A stretch of DNA of 63,990 bases, the filler included, from Trypethelium eluteriae (taxonomy: Eukaryota), in assembly GCA_051942245.1 (NCBI GenBank). It is 3 parts of 3 records of this genome, joined end to end, with 100 filler letters (N's around TTAATTAATTAA, not from the genome) between each part and the next. Parts side by side here need not be neighbours in the genome. Positions count along the whole stretch, not along the records: positions 1 to 22,008 come from JAVECL010000450.1; positions 22,109 to 44,114 come from JAVECL010000451.1; 1 more part is not named here. One strand, written 5' to 3'. Positions within the stretch are counted from its first letter, which is position 1. Each line of letters begins with the position of its first letter. The notes under the pieces are model-generated. The model was not told the DNA's origin. It ran no database searches and saw only the letters and a program-made list of their open reading frames with translations. Below are positions 12,902-26,609 of the stretch, in pieces. The translations under genes and the position numbers were made by a program.

Positions 12902-13682
12902 GTGGTCGACCAATTAATAACAGTAAGGGGTAAAGCGCATCCCGACTCCTAAAATTCGGATAAAGAATGCGAATGCCTTGCGAGGAGCTGCCTCGAATCA
13001 TTTTTGATACGATTGCTGGCAGTCGAAGTCTTGGTCAGGGCCCTTCTTCATACGGTTGGGATCTAAGACTGCAGGCGGCTCAAAGGTTAGCCCGAAGTGA
13101 CTCTTCGAGGGAGTGCATAGAACTCATCGTAGGCTGACATGATATTCTGATCTTGTCTAATCAATCCCTTGTGCAGAATAAGAGTCCGCGCTAGCGATAT
13201 TGTTCTGACGATTTTGTGAGGTCGGCTTCGTTGGAGAAACTTCTGCACCGGGTGCCAGTACAGTAAAAAAGCGCTAGAGTATATTAATGAATACTTGGAT
13301 TTAACGAAAATTGTCTGAAAGATCATGAATTCAGAGTAGAGACTAAAATCGTGATGAATGACACGGACCTGCAAGATCGTGCAAAATAGATGACGCCTCA
13401 CGACAACTGCCTAAAAGGGGAACGAAATCTCAAGTGGGTTTTGGCATCACCTGACCTCGCGCTAGATTCGTGACCGCCGTCGCAACTTAATGCTATGAGA
13501 ATGATGTCAACTATCAGTACGGACGATCTGTGTTTGCAGACGCAGCATTATCATTCAGTTTCGAAGGTCTGCCAAAGATATGTTCCTTTGGCCTGTTTCA
13601 CTCATGTCATCAATTATGTGCCACCCTCTGATATTCCACGTTGCAAGATCTTCGCAACGACCGACTCCAAACTTCTATCGCA

Positions 13683-15365
13683 ATGATCAACAACTCAATC
13701 CCTGAGTACCTCTTCATTCGGACTTGCATCTTCGTGCTTCGAGCGATAGGTCCGTTCAGTGTCGCATACTCTTTGTTGCGACCTTTTGTGTCTCTCTCGC
13801 CTCAATGGAGAATCCGATTACTCCCTCTTGATATTTATGCCGCAATCGAGGCGGCGTTTCTGCTCTTCGTCTACCTACCCCTCAAAGCCCGCAGTCAACA
13901 TCCCACCTTCCATCCGCCCCTGAGAGCGCAGTCCGAACGTAGGACTCTTTTCAAGAGATGCATAGCCACGACCCATGAGCATGAAAAATATCTGGGACAA
14001 TGGTTTCGAAATGCAGACCTTGCAGATATCAAAAAAGAGAATGTCGAGGAGTTCTTAGCGTGGGCATTTTTGAACACGACAAGCTCGAAGGATAGGAAGC
14101 AGACCGGAGAGCCCAACGTAACCGATCAAGTGCATGAAGCAGAACTGCAAGACTATATCGAGGGCCTAGAAAGACAATTTGGACGGACATTGCCGAACGG
14201 ATGTGGAGAGGCTAAGCCCTTACGATTGACTCTAGACGAAGTACGAATGGTGCATCGACCGCTCGTGTGGTATCTGGTAAGGAAATATCCTAAAATTGTC
14301 TATTAGATAAGGAGACTTTGGGTTTAGAGACATGCTAAATTTAGTGCTTAGATTATCTTCCTGGTTGACATTCTGACGCATTTTTGGCTAGTCTCTCACC
14401 AATTCAATTTCTATCGGGTGTCACTCACAGCCTCGCTTGCTTCGGTCTTTCCTCCCAGGCCACAGAGTGCATTTACGCGACGCGTCTCAACAGGCAGTTT
14501 TCCTTATTGGTATCGTCCACACACTTCCCACAAGCGCAGGCCTATCGTCTTCCTCCATGGCATCGGAGTTGGACTCAACACATATGTTCCATTTCTTGCA
14601 GCGCTTAATGCTCATGGAAACGACGAACAAATCGATGGTGATATTGGAATCATCGCACTTGAACTACTTCCCGTATCTTTCCGTATCACTCCTTCGCTCC
14701 CTGGTCGTGAGGAGTTTTGCGCGCAGCTACAAAAGATCCTCGACACGCATCAAGAGTTTGCCAATGGTTTCACGCTCGTTGCTCACTCTTATGGCTCAGT
14801 CTTGGCCACGCACATGCTCTCACCCGATGCTTCTTCTGGCCTTCGCCCCCTTATCAAGAGCATTGTCCTCATAGATCCTGTTAGCATACTGTTGCACCTC
14901 CCAGATGTCGCGTACAATTTTACTTATCGGAGCCCACGAAGCGCATCCCAGTGGCAGTTATGGTACTTCGCGTCTACTGACATGGGTGTTGCTCACACGC
15001 TTGCGAGGGGCTTCTTCTGGTCTGAGAACATTCTGTGGAAGGAAGACTATGGACATCTGCCTATAACAGTCTTTCTGGCCGACAGGGATATCATTGCGCC
15101 CACTCACGAAATCCGCGAGTATTTGACCAACTGTGAACGCAGTGAGGCCCCTAGAACTTGGCGTGGGGGCTGGGACGAAGACCACACTATTTGGCGGACA
15201 GACCAAGGTGTTGGGCAACCTAAAACCTTGGTGTGGTGCAATGGATTGGACCACGCCCAGATCTTTGATCGGGAGCACTGGCGCAAAATGCTCGTAACCG
15301 AAGTGGAACGAGTATCGACTATCCCTTCGGAAGAGCCCACTAGCTCGGAAACATATCTCGGTTGA
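13683..15365 (+). CDS. Membrane-anchored alpha/beta hydrolase
   Basis: N-terminal hydrophobic segments; FLHGIGVG oxyanion region, AHSYGS nucleophile elbow, D..I and LDHA; intron 14277-14351. Confidence 0.85.
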
Positions 15366-16016
15366 GATTGATTGACATTGTGGACACCGATATTTTGGGC
15401 TTCTAGTCCGCACGTCAAGGTTCTCAATAGGCCGCTACGGAATCAGGAAACGGTATGCGATGACTAGAGACGGTGTTTTGGTAAGAATCAATAGAAAGAC
15501 CACTTGGTCCGATTTTTATTTCGCATATTCCACAAGTCCCACGATAAGATTTTGGGTATGAGGTGAGAACACAGATCACGCCTAATTTCACCATGGTTCG
15601 TGCATCGACATTAATAGGAGTGCTTTCAGCATTGGGCTGATGGTGCTCTGGCTTTTGGATTTACGTTTCGGGATCATTTTTGATTGATGCCTATCAATCG
15701 AAACCGCATGAGTTGCTGAAATTGCTGAATCGAATTAGACTTTTGACACTACCGGCGCATGTCTTCTCGTCTAAATAACGACCGCGTTTTGAATACGCGC
15801 TTCGAAACTCTAGCGCTTTTTCGAATTTAATGGCCTTCCCTGTCACTTTGTGCTATTCTTCCCACTTCGTATTCATCCCTGGTAATCTATCTACCTCAAG
15901 TAGTCGCTGATTATTTATTTTCTGCTTAACGACATACACAGTCGTGTCTACTAGCTTCACTCTCCTTACGCCACGCATTGGTGTACAGCATCTTGACTGT
16001 AGAAAAAGCGTGCCTG

Positions 16017-17097
16017 ATGATCCGTTCTTGGAGCTTTTCGGGGATCTTTCCCATTCTCCAGTGGTTTGTTCGTAAGCGCAACGATGCAGAGATACAGCCT
16101 TTGCTATCAACGTTAGCGTATTTGGCGAGGCCGGATCCTTGGGAGCTACTATTCCAAGCGCAGTCGTATCTAGACCAAGCCGCCAGCCACGTTGCCTGGT
16201 TCTTTGGCAGGCAGAAATCCTATTACAGGCAAGCTGCAGACTTCTATGCTAAGGCAGGGCTGAGGTTTAGAGATATGGGGCATTGCAGTGAGCTAAACCT
16301 GATGAGAAAGTTTATACCCATGCTAATTCATGCTAGACGAGTACGCCGCTCACGCTTTGAACATCGCGGCTTGCCTACATCTTGCCCACACGGAACGATA
16401 TGCCGATGCTGAGAGCCTATTCCTCAAAACTTACCGGATTCGCCTGCGTACGGGTTTGTTTCCTGCAGCGGCGAGATCCCTCAATCAGGCGGTCTATTGC
16501 CTGGCTCTCCAAGGGCAAATGCATGCCGTCATGACCAAGCTCGTCTGGCTAGGCCAGCTCTATTACAGCGAACTCAGAGATCACAGAAAAGCTCAAAGTA
16601 CTTTCGAGAAGGCAGCCGTATTGAGTGAAGAGCAGAAGCAGCCCCGGTTAGCAGAGATGTTGTGGGTTCTTATCGCAGAAATAGCCGCCAGCTACAGTAA
16701 AGACTATGAAAAGGCCGCCATATGTTTTGAACGGGCGGCAAGGCAAAACATGCAATCACTCCCAATACATCGGCACCCTAGAGCGTAAGCAATGAAGAAA
16801 TCGCCCAAGGTAGAAATGAAATTCAGGTTTAATCATGGTCTTAGAAACATGTTCAAGGCGGGACTGTGCCACTTGCTGGATCGCGGCCATGGTTCGTGGC
16901 GTCTGCGTTTGCTGCTCGATCTTGGTTTCTTTGAGATCGATTCAACATTTCCGGGTGGACTTGAATGGAACATTCTGCAAAGTATTTTTGAGGCCCTGCA
17001 GAAAAGGGATCGGGGAACAGTGGATCCCATTGTTGCAGAATGTAAGCAACTCAGCGAAGTTGACTGCTTCGCTGCAGCTCTCCTGGAGCAGATCTAA
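16017..17097 (+). CDS. Divergent alpha-SNAP/Sec17-like TPR protein (possible pseudogene)
   Basis: DPWELL..A...FFG...Y..AADFY.KAG..FR, YEKA...FE..AR and FKAGLCHL resemble Sec17; intron 16288-16336; in-frame TAA 16786-88 is removed only if the 42-nt intron 16785-16826 is spliced. Confidence 0.6.
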
Positions 17098-17520
17098 ATG
17101 TGAGTCACTGGTTTGATGAATTCATTTGAGCATATATGACTTCCTTGCGATCATACTAATCATTGTAATTGAGTCAAAAGGCATTCCGCTTACAAGCAGG
17201 ATGAAAACTCCTAACCGGAATCTTTCGACCCTCCGCCGACCCGGTCTATCCTTATTAGAAGATAAATGTCTACACCTGTTATTTCCCTCGATGATCGCCA
17301 CTGCCCACTTACGTGGTCATTTCAAAGCATGATTGTATTTCCAGTCGGACTTGGCATGAACGTTTGGATTACGCCTTTCCAATGCAAGGGGTGAACCTAC
17401 GCGCCTTGACGCGCCACATCATTGAATTTTCCTTGAGTTTTCCGCTTGGTCCGCTGGAAACTCCTCAAAAAATCATCCAACTCAGGCCTTAAAGTCTGAG
17501 TTCGGTGTTTAATAATTGGG

Positions 17521-18683
17521 ATGGCAATCATTCCCCTTGAGACGCGAACCATCTCGTTGCTCGCCCTTGTGGCATGGGCAATCGTGCTCCCTTTTTACTA
17601 TATGTGCTGGATTAGGTATGCTTTGTGATGACCCAGACTTTCGCTCAGCTTCATAAAATCTGATTCAGTACTCTAGGCATACCTCAGAGAGTTCGAGATT
17701 AAATTCAATGTCAATGCCCGATACACATCCGGCAATGCATATCACATCTATCCCCGCGACTTCAAACTATCCAACGGTATCAGAATTTGCTCTACCGTAT
17801 CCGAAATTGTATCCTAAGCCTCTTGGCAAGGAGATCTGTTTACTAGATGTTGACTCCCGGCCGTACGATATGGAGGGAGGGATGATGAACAAGTCACATC
17901 TGGAATGGAAGAACGTTCAGCGGACATCTGCTGGCCGGCTCGGCCATTACCTCTACGGTGTTTCTCACTCAAATAGATACTTCGTCCAACTGCTCATGGT
18001 TTGTAGCAAAGATGCACGGCTATGACTACAAATTTGTCCAGGCGACTCCCTTCACCGACCGCTACAATACCTGGCTCAAAGTCAGGGAACTCGGAGCCGC
18101 GCTCCGCCATTCCTATCGCTTCGTGATCTTCACAGACGGCGACATCGTCTTCAGCCGTCCCGAGATCCCTCTCGAATATCTCCTCTCCTACTGGAACATC
18201 AGCTCTAGCATCTCGCTCGCACTCGCCGAAGACCCCGATGCAGGCTACAATTTCGATAGCAGAGGACGTTTAAACCAGAATTGCGGATTCATCATCGCGC
18301 AGAATAATGCCAAGACGCATGAGATCATGAAGGATTGGCTTGAGTGTCCGGATGGCACAAGATATGAGGACTGCGACCACTGGAAGAACAATCACTACCA
18401 CGAGCAGGGCGCCTTCTCGAATCACGTGCGATATGACTATGGAGATTGGATCCGTACGCTGCCGTGCGATCACGCAAATGGGGCGCCTGAAGGGGGTCAG
18501 GGCTGTACCGGCAAGTATGTGAGGCATTACTGGGTGAGCAAGGACGCGATCAAGCCAGCGGTGGATGAGACTTTTATGCAGAGCATATTTGGCAAGGCCC
18601 ACAGACAATTTGTGGAGAACCTCAATGAGACTTTCTGGAACCATTCGTCTGGGATGGCGCAGACCGGCGACGGCGAGGCGTGA
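17521..18683 (+). CDS. GT34-like (Mnn10/Gma12) type II membrane glycosyltransferase
   Basis: N-terminal TM; introns 17616-17676 and 17958-18006; YAKMHGYDY, WLKV, DxD (TDGD), NCGFII, HEQGAF. Confidence 0.85.
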
Positions 18684-19581
18684 TGGGCAATCCGTGGAGT
18701 ATCTAGTTCACTTAGGCAAAGTATGGCGCAGGATAATACTGAAGTGCTAAATATTCTATCTCGTACGAAAGTATGATTGCATTGCAGCTGATCTACGAAG
18801 TCCTGAGGGCATCATGCTGTGTGCACTAACAGGTGCGGATGGCTACATTGCGACATCCCAAGGCTCCATCATTTTGCAAACAGTATTTTGTTAAAGTGGC
18901 ACCCCTATCAAGAAGATGGATAGCTTTCCCTGCTTTATGCTGACCACAAAACATATCTTCGGCCCGCTTAGCAGAGTTTCTATTCTTAGCCGTGTACATA
19001 ATTTTTGGTGTGATTGGTCCTCTGTGGAAGACGTGGGGAGAATCAAACTTGGTATTGAATGCGGATATCTTCGACTAAGGTTGAATGTTCTGAGAAAGGG
19101 CTGCTATCATGGGTTACGTGGATGAGCTCCATCAATGATGAATGGGCGGAGTAGGCTGTACTTCAGAAACAAATTCTCTGGGCACATCTGGAGGCCGCGA
19201 CTAAGCTCTTGAATAACTTTACCAAAGTCTCGGAAATAAATTCTAGTCATGGTGCCACGGAATCGTTGCGGGAGTGAACTTCTATGATGGAGGGTTACAC
19301 AGACTCGAAGCTCTTGTTGCTTCGTACCTGCTGGAAAGCCACCAAAGATCAATTAGACATTGTATATTATTAAAGCAACAAGCAATGTGGAAGGTTTGTA
19401 GACTCACCACACGTTCACTTCTGTTAGAGGTGCCTCCTGGCGACTCTAACGTGGAACAGGAAGTTCTGTAACAAAGAGATTCATTGATTCATCATGATGT
19501 CGTAAGGTCTAATGGTAGCTATCTAAGTGGAGGTGAAGACCCTCTCGGGGTGTTCCGTGCACCACCCTCGCTCCTCCCTTA

Positions 19582-22008
19582 CAGACTGGGCAACGGTACG
19601 ATTATCGCCGATAGTATCGGCGGTATTTTTATCGTATGATACGGTACGATAACGATACTATCGTATGATACGCTAGCCCCCATACAAATAGCTAAATTTT
19701 AGAAATTCTTTATGAAATAAGACTCTTCGCATAAAATAAGCTATAGCTATGGTATTTATTTAGACTGAAGAATTTTTTTTTACTGCTGATATTAAGAGTA
19801 CTAAGTCTGAAGCTTGATATAGGTCAGATATCCATATTTATTGTTGTATAAAAAAGCTAAATAAACTAGAGAGACTTAAAAAAGCATTACTTTATTATTA
19901 TAAATATTGTGATAAAAAGTCTTTCTTATTAACCAGTAGATTATAAGGTTATATTTAGAAATATTACCCAAAAGTTGGGATTAATTAATTTTGTATAATA
20001 TTATACTTAACAGCTTTAACTTTAACCAATTAATTAAAAGCGGATTATAAAAAGCTTTATACAAAAGGAGAAGCGGCTAAATTTAAGCAATATATATACT
20101 TTTGTATAACAAATATTACACTTGTGATAATAATATTTCTTAATCTGCTTATTATATGTGGACTTTTTTTTTAACTTGTTAAATGGGATGTATTACATAA
20201 ATTTATTTTTATGCTTAATCCCTGGGTTAAACTTCCTTACTTTTATAATATAATAAAGAAAAGAGTTTAAGAGTCTTTTTTAGAATTAAAAGATATTATA
20301 TAAAAATTAATCTAGTCTGCAAAAACGCGAATTTATTTAGCTATTAATATTTAAACATCTCTAAATAATTACCTTTTTTTTAGCTATTTATGCAAGCTAT
20401 ATTAATTATACTAATTAATTTTATACTTATTTAATCAGTCTCTATATAATATTAGGCTATAGCAGCAAAGCTTAGTAATTAGTTTTACTTCCGGTCCTTA
20501 AAAAATATGGCTATATAAAGTTAATTAGCATAATTATTGGCAATAATACAGTTATAAATAATACTCTTTATTATATAATATTAATATACTTCTTTAAAAC
20601 TTACTAGATTAACTAAACAGCTACTTAAAATCGCATTTACTGCTAAGGCTATATTCTAAATCTTATTATATAAGCATATCTCTTTAGTAATAAAAATAAT
20701 AAAGATAATATAACTTTATACAATTAAGAAGAGCTTTTGGATAAGCAGTTAGATAAGAAGATATTAAAAAAAAGGCAAAATAAACTACATATTTAAATAA
20801 GAGTAATAGGCAAACTTTATAATCTTATTATCTATATTTATGCATCTGCTCCTTATATAATAGAATTTATTTTAAAAGCTGGTTAGAGAATCCCTCTTAA
20901 TAATTATACAAAATAAAATAGCTAATTTAATATGCTTTAAGTTGCTGAAAAGCAATAAGTCAAAAAGGTGCTTATAGCATATATAAATAAGTATTATAAT
21001 ACTAATTTATTAGATAAGAAAGATATTCTTACTCCAGAAGATTAGAATTATTTTTATATAATCTATTAATATCTTAGAATGTTTAAACAGGCTATATTAT
21101 ATCTTTAAGAAGATTATATAACACTTTAAAGAGTCTATAAGAGTATTAAAGTGCTTTATAAGTAACTTAAAGGAATTAATGTATGTTATATAATTATATT
21201 TAACTTTATACAAAATATACTAATTAATTATTTTAGAAATTAAAGCTTCTAAAGCAAATTTATGCTTAAGTATAATACGCGCTTTTAAAATTAAAATAAT
21301 ATTAAAAAAAACTTAATATTTTTTCTTATTATTAAGCAGCCCGCCTTTTATCTTTTATAGTTTATACAATATTTTTAAAAAATAAAAAGAGCAATTTAAC
21401 TTAAAAGGGAGCTGTATAATTTTAGAAAATTAAGCAATTTTGGCTTTAATTCTTTTAAAAACCTTTTACCAATTTTAATTATTTATATAATACTTAGGGA
21501 AAGCTATTAACTTTTATACAAAAGTAAAACCTTACTCCCTTTAAACAGATCCTTTAAGAGTATTATAATAACCAGCAACCGCAGAGTTAAGATTAATTTA
21601 ATTAATATTGCGCAGAAATAGCTTTATATAAGATTTCTTTATTACTAATTAAGTAATAGGCTAAAGATATTTAATAAAAATAATAGCCACACCTTTTTTT
21701 ATTTGCTTTTAACATTCTCTTAATTCCTGCAATAAGTAATAAATTAGAATAGGTATTTTTTAATGCGTATTATATAATTTCTTGGGATAAAGCACAGCTT
21801 AATCCAGATACTGTTAAACTTTAAGAACTTTTAAAGGATTAGAAAAAATCAAATATTTTAAAAAATCAATTATATAATTTAGAGTAAATTATCTCGTATA
21901 ATAGCTTATTAAGGGGAGGAATTTTATTTTATTACGATAAGTGTGTCGGCGCTGACGATATCGGCGATATCGCGGTAATTTATCGTACGATAGGGCTTAT
22001 CGTACGAT
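19582..22008 (+). mobile_element. RIP-degraded hAT-superfamily DNA transposon (right end lost in gap)
   Basis: Starts CAGACTGGGC; TACGAT/ATCGTA subterminal repeats at both ends; decayed motifs NYTK*NS*FNML (~20902, cf. NDTRWNS) and NILLIPAISNKLE*VF (~21710, cf. hATC DILSIPAMS..ERVFS). Confidence 0.8.
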
Positions 22009-22108
22009 NNNNNNNNNNNNNNNNNNNNNNNNNNNNNNNNNNNNNNNNNNNNTTAATTAATTAANNNNNNNNNNNNNNNNNNNNNNNNNNNNNNNNNNNN
22101 NNNNNNNN
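22009..22108. other. Assembly gap with six-frame stop linker
   Basis: N run - TTAATTAATTAA - N run. Confidence 0.95.
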
Positions 22109-22250
22109 AAATTTGGAGCGATTTGGACAAGGTTAAAAGCAAAGGACCCTACCAAAGGACCCTACCCCCTGTCGTGCTAACCCTAACCCTATTTTGCTAA
22201 CAAAAGCAAAGGACCCTTATAAGAGTCCTTCGCCCCATATAGGTTAGAAT
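22109..22250 (-). repeat. Terminus of a second YR-RecQ element copy (nested, truncated by gap)
   Basis: Ungapped 142-bp similarity to 26610-26751; contains CTAACCCTAACCCTA and a 28-bp hairpin. Confidence 0.8.
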
Positions 22251-25200
22251 CCTGCACATATAAATAGTCCTGCTTGTATAATCTGTTCCACCCTACTTAC
22301 GCTATTGCAGTATACAATTACCTTACCTATTATTAATCCGCGGAGTTACTCCTCCAGTAGCTGCTCTAGCTGCTGCTCCTGCTATTGCTATGGATGACGC
22401 ACTTAGACTGGCATATTTATAACAGAATAACAAATATTACTCCAGCTTGTATTATTGCGGAATAAATGCACTTTATTCGCTTCCCATCCTATTTGTTGCC
22501 ACAGCTTGCTTTTATCCTGGGGGGGTAATATCGCTATTAACAGCATTATCTGCACCTCTGCCCATATTAGCTTGCTAAGCTGCTATAGCTGCTTCCAAAA
22601 ATCAATCTAATTATTTAAAATAACATGGCATTTATTAATTATAATTTAATCTAATTGCTGCATGGCTTTTAGCCGGTTAATAAATATTATAAATCCCTTG
22701 CTTAATACTGATTCAGGTGTTATTAATATAATGGATGCATTATCCGGTGGCTGTTGTACGTTCCACTCAGCATATTTAATCCCTAGCTGCTCACATTGCT
22801 GTTATATATGGCCTTGTAGTGTGATAAGCAGTATAATAATAATTATGACCCTACCAGGCTAATACCATGCTAGCAGCATAAATAACATACTTTTACCCGC
22901 TCTAGTAGGTATAACAGCAACCACCGGGCTGATGCCTTAAGCAATTGCCTAAATAGCTGGTAATTAAATGTTACATACCGCTGTAGCCCGGCCTATTATT
23001 TAATCCAGCTGCTGCTAAACATTTATTATTTGAAGCTGATGCTAATATGCAATTCGGCTCTTACTAGCTTCCTGCTTAAATGGGTATTATTTTGGTTTTT
23101 TCTGGTTGTGCGGGCCTAATTGTATAACTGATTAAAACCCTAAAAATTAATGCCAATCTTGGCTGGCAGTCTGAAATTGCTATTGTTAACCTTCTGTGAC
23201 TCCCGCTTGCTCTTAAATCCCTCTAGTATATATTATTTTAGCAACATGCAATATATGGCCAGCTTAAATATTAATAATTGCTTTTATTTTGTTTTCTGCC
23301 TTATTAGCTTGCTGCTTAGCTTCCTTATCTATATGTAATCTAGCCTTTCCGCGTAAAAATTATTAACTGATTCTAATCGCAATCTCTTAATAACCAGTGA
23401 TTATAATAGGATAGCTAAGCCCTAGCTGGCTTTCTTGCTTAAGCGCTTTATGTATATGGTTTAATATTTATTATCTCCCATCCAAATTGGGACACCATAA
23501 ATGCGCTAAGTAAGCATAATCCAGCCGGATTTAAGCCTCTAATTGCTGCTAAAATAGTTATATTAGCTATAAATACCACACCAGCAGCTTTTTAACCTCC
23601 CTTAGCAGGTAGCGATAAATAATTTTAACATCTCTTAACATAATATACCCCTTATAATATTAAGTAATATATACCACTAATCCATTCTTAATAAAAATAT
23701 TCTAATGGGCTTCTTTAGCTGTATTACTGTGTTGAATGCTAAGCAGCTCAGTTCCTCGCCCGGGCTGACTGCTAGTAAGATGCATTAATAGCAGCAATTT
23801 CTCCCAAAATTAATAAATGTGGCGTGCATAATTATACACACTGCTTGGATTAAGCTGGTGCTGGCTGCGGGGGTTAATTAGTTACTGATATTGCTCCGGC
23901 TGCTATTAAATATGCTTAAAAAGCCACATTTATCCATAGACGGGCTATCTTGTATGAGGATTATGCAAAAAGCTTTATTTAACCTAACTATTAGTAGGAT
24001 TATTATAAATTAAGTCCTATAAAATGGCAGGAATGGATTAAGTGGTAATAAATATTAACTCCTCTATTAAAATACGCCGTGTTTTGTATTATAAGCTATA
24101 AATCATTGCTTAAAACTAAGCTATTATAAACTGGATCCCCTTATATAACAACTGATTATTGCTATGCCAATTAATATGCCCTTTAGTGGTGGTGTTAAAA
24201 TAGATTTTTAAGCTATACATCCATAAATCCAAAAATTATTGCATTGGGCTGCGGCTGCCTTAAATTATAAATGCATCCATAAATTAGCTAATAATGCTGA
24301 TAGTGTCCTGGCTGTTAACTTGCTTATTTAGCTGGTTGTTTTGCTGGTTATTTTGCCAATTATTTTGCTGGCTATTTTGTTGCCTGTTTGGGTGCCCGCA
24401 TAATTGCCTCCTTAATTAACTGCTGCATTTACTGCTGGATGGTCCCCTGTGTTGTCCCCTAGATCCGCTCCTCTACTGGCTTCTCTGCTGCCTGCTTACC
24501 TGCCTGCTGAATTGCTTTCCCTTACTTTTATACCCACTATTATCCAATTAGCTGGAAATCTAGCTAGGAATAGAACTAATGCTATACTTACCCTTATTTA
24601 CTTTGTTAACAGCAACCTAAACAGCTTATTAGACCACTATAAATTGTGCGACCTTAATAATGCTGGACAAAACAGGTGGATATATATCCGGTCCTTATTA
24701 TATTTAATTAGTGGATAAAATGCTGAGTACTGCAGCCGCACAAATAATTGCACATTTATATTCATGCTTATAAAAGCGCTAATTAAGCAGTTAGATGCAA
24801 AATTCCAAGCAAGCTTGCTAAATCACGCTAATAGGGGGTTTATTATTATCTAACTCAGCAGCTGCTGCCTTATCTACTTTATCTTCTTGCTTGCTATTAA
24901 CATACGGACTGCTGCTCCATTAAACTGCTGGATTACCTGCTGGATTACTTACTCCATTGTCTGCTTAACCGCCTGCTTGACTGCCTGCTTAACCACTTGC
25001 GTGACTGCCTGCATGACTGCCTGCGTAACCACCTGCTGTGGATGGATAGTGGACAACTTTGTGAGCTTTATATATTATCTGTTGAAATGCTTAATACTGT
25101 GGCTGTGTAAATTTGTACTAAGGGCTGTCCTAATTATGCTTACCTTGCGTTTAGACAAAAAACATCAACATTTTATTCTACGGCTGCTGTTTCTCCACCT

Positions 25201-26170
25201 AATCCGCATCCATATACACCTCTAACAGCTAATATTAGGTCTGCTAAGCCTAATCCTAAACCGCTTTTAATCAAATAGATATGCCCACTTTAATAGCTAC
25301 AGTTTGCTAATAAATCTATGCAACATTGCTTATTGCTTGCTAAATAACTGCAGCAATCTTCTCCTATTGCTTTAGCTTAGCTGCTGCTACATCCTGCTCA
25401 CTCTAATACTAATGCTGATAGGATTGTCTCCCGCTAGCTTAATTCTTATTATTTAGCTCAGGCTTCTGTATAACTGTAACCAGTTCCTCCTAACTGGATT
25501 CTTCCAAATATAGATGCCACCCTGTCCGTTGCAGCCATGGATTGGCCTTATACTACTCCCATGGCTGGATAATATTAGCTGCCTTTTGCTGCAGCTGCTG
25601 AAATTAATAATTAGCTGCCTCCCATGCTTATTGCTATGCTTCTGCTGGAGGTAGAGTTAGTGCTTGCTCCGCTATAGCCTGCTCAGGCTGTTGTATGGTA
25701 AAATACTGGGATCCATAGCGATTAGGGAAAAAGCACTAATAATGGACGGATTTGGTATATATTTTAAATTGCTGCTAAACTGTTGCTGCTTTGTGCTTAC
25801 TAAATCCACCTTAACATCCGCCAATGGACCATTGGTGACTATCTTATAAATGCTGCTTAAAACCTTCTTAATTACGGTATATAAAATAATACTATTTGGG
25901 CTAAAATTAATATTAAATGCTATTTATATATAACAGAAGTTGGCTGATTAGCTGATTAACCGCGATGGGAACCTTAAACTTACTAGGAGATTGGATAATA
26001 TTAGACTAGTTCTAAACCTCTATAGCAATTACTGTTGCTATTAAAGCTGTTATTTAATACTGTTTTCCTTTTAAATAACTCTGGATCTTATTAGGCCACA
26101 CTGCATACTGGTATGCTTTACAGATAATCACCTTATACGCTATAATATGGTCAAAATATTGGGTTGCCAT
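22251..26170 (-). pseudogene. RIP-mutated DUF3505-like / tyrosine-recombinase-like / RecQ helicase polyprotein (telomere-linked-helicase-like)
   Basis: All motifs lie in one minus frame: MATQYFDH..YKVIICKAYQYAVWP (26170), QPGRGTELLS (23767-23738), YYKG, *AGHILHVAKIIY (23266-23228), VIPTRAGKSMLF (~22900), LD*IIINKCHV (22654), LLIAILPP, KVIVYCNS (22324). Confidence 0.85.
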
Positions 26171-26609
26171 TGAGATTTTAAAGTAGCTATTAGGATGACT
26201 GCTTAATTAAATACTTAATTAGCAACTGGACTAGCTGCTCTAATTGCTGCTCCTTTTGTTACTCAAATTATTATTAGATTGGCTGCTAAACCTGCTGCCT
26301 AACTTGCTGCTTTATTCGTCATTCAAGTAGCTGCTAGTTGTACTATTAAACTTACCCCTAAGTTGGTTGCTGAATCGGCTGCTAATTTAGCTGCTAAAGG
26401 CACTATTCGACTTGCTGCTGCGCCCGCTATTAAATTGCGGTGGTTGCTGCTGACTCAGCCCATCGCATAGTACAGCCATACGGCCGCATCACCCCATCAA
26501 AAAAATTCGATTCTGACCTTAATTACTATTTTTCTCATTAAAGAAACAAATTTACAATAGTGGTTAATTAATAAAAAATACTCAGTTTAGCTCACTTTAT
26601 TAGCTATTA

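Noticed and set aside
22053..22064. TTAATTAATTAA palindrome repeated at 44159-44170
   Set aside because: Artificial stop linker inside N gaps, not biological
22662..25849. Short hydrophobic plus-strand ORFs in the AT-rich block
   Set aside because: Antisense by-products of the RIP-mutated minus-strand polyprotein
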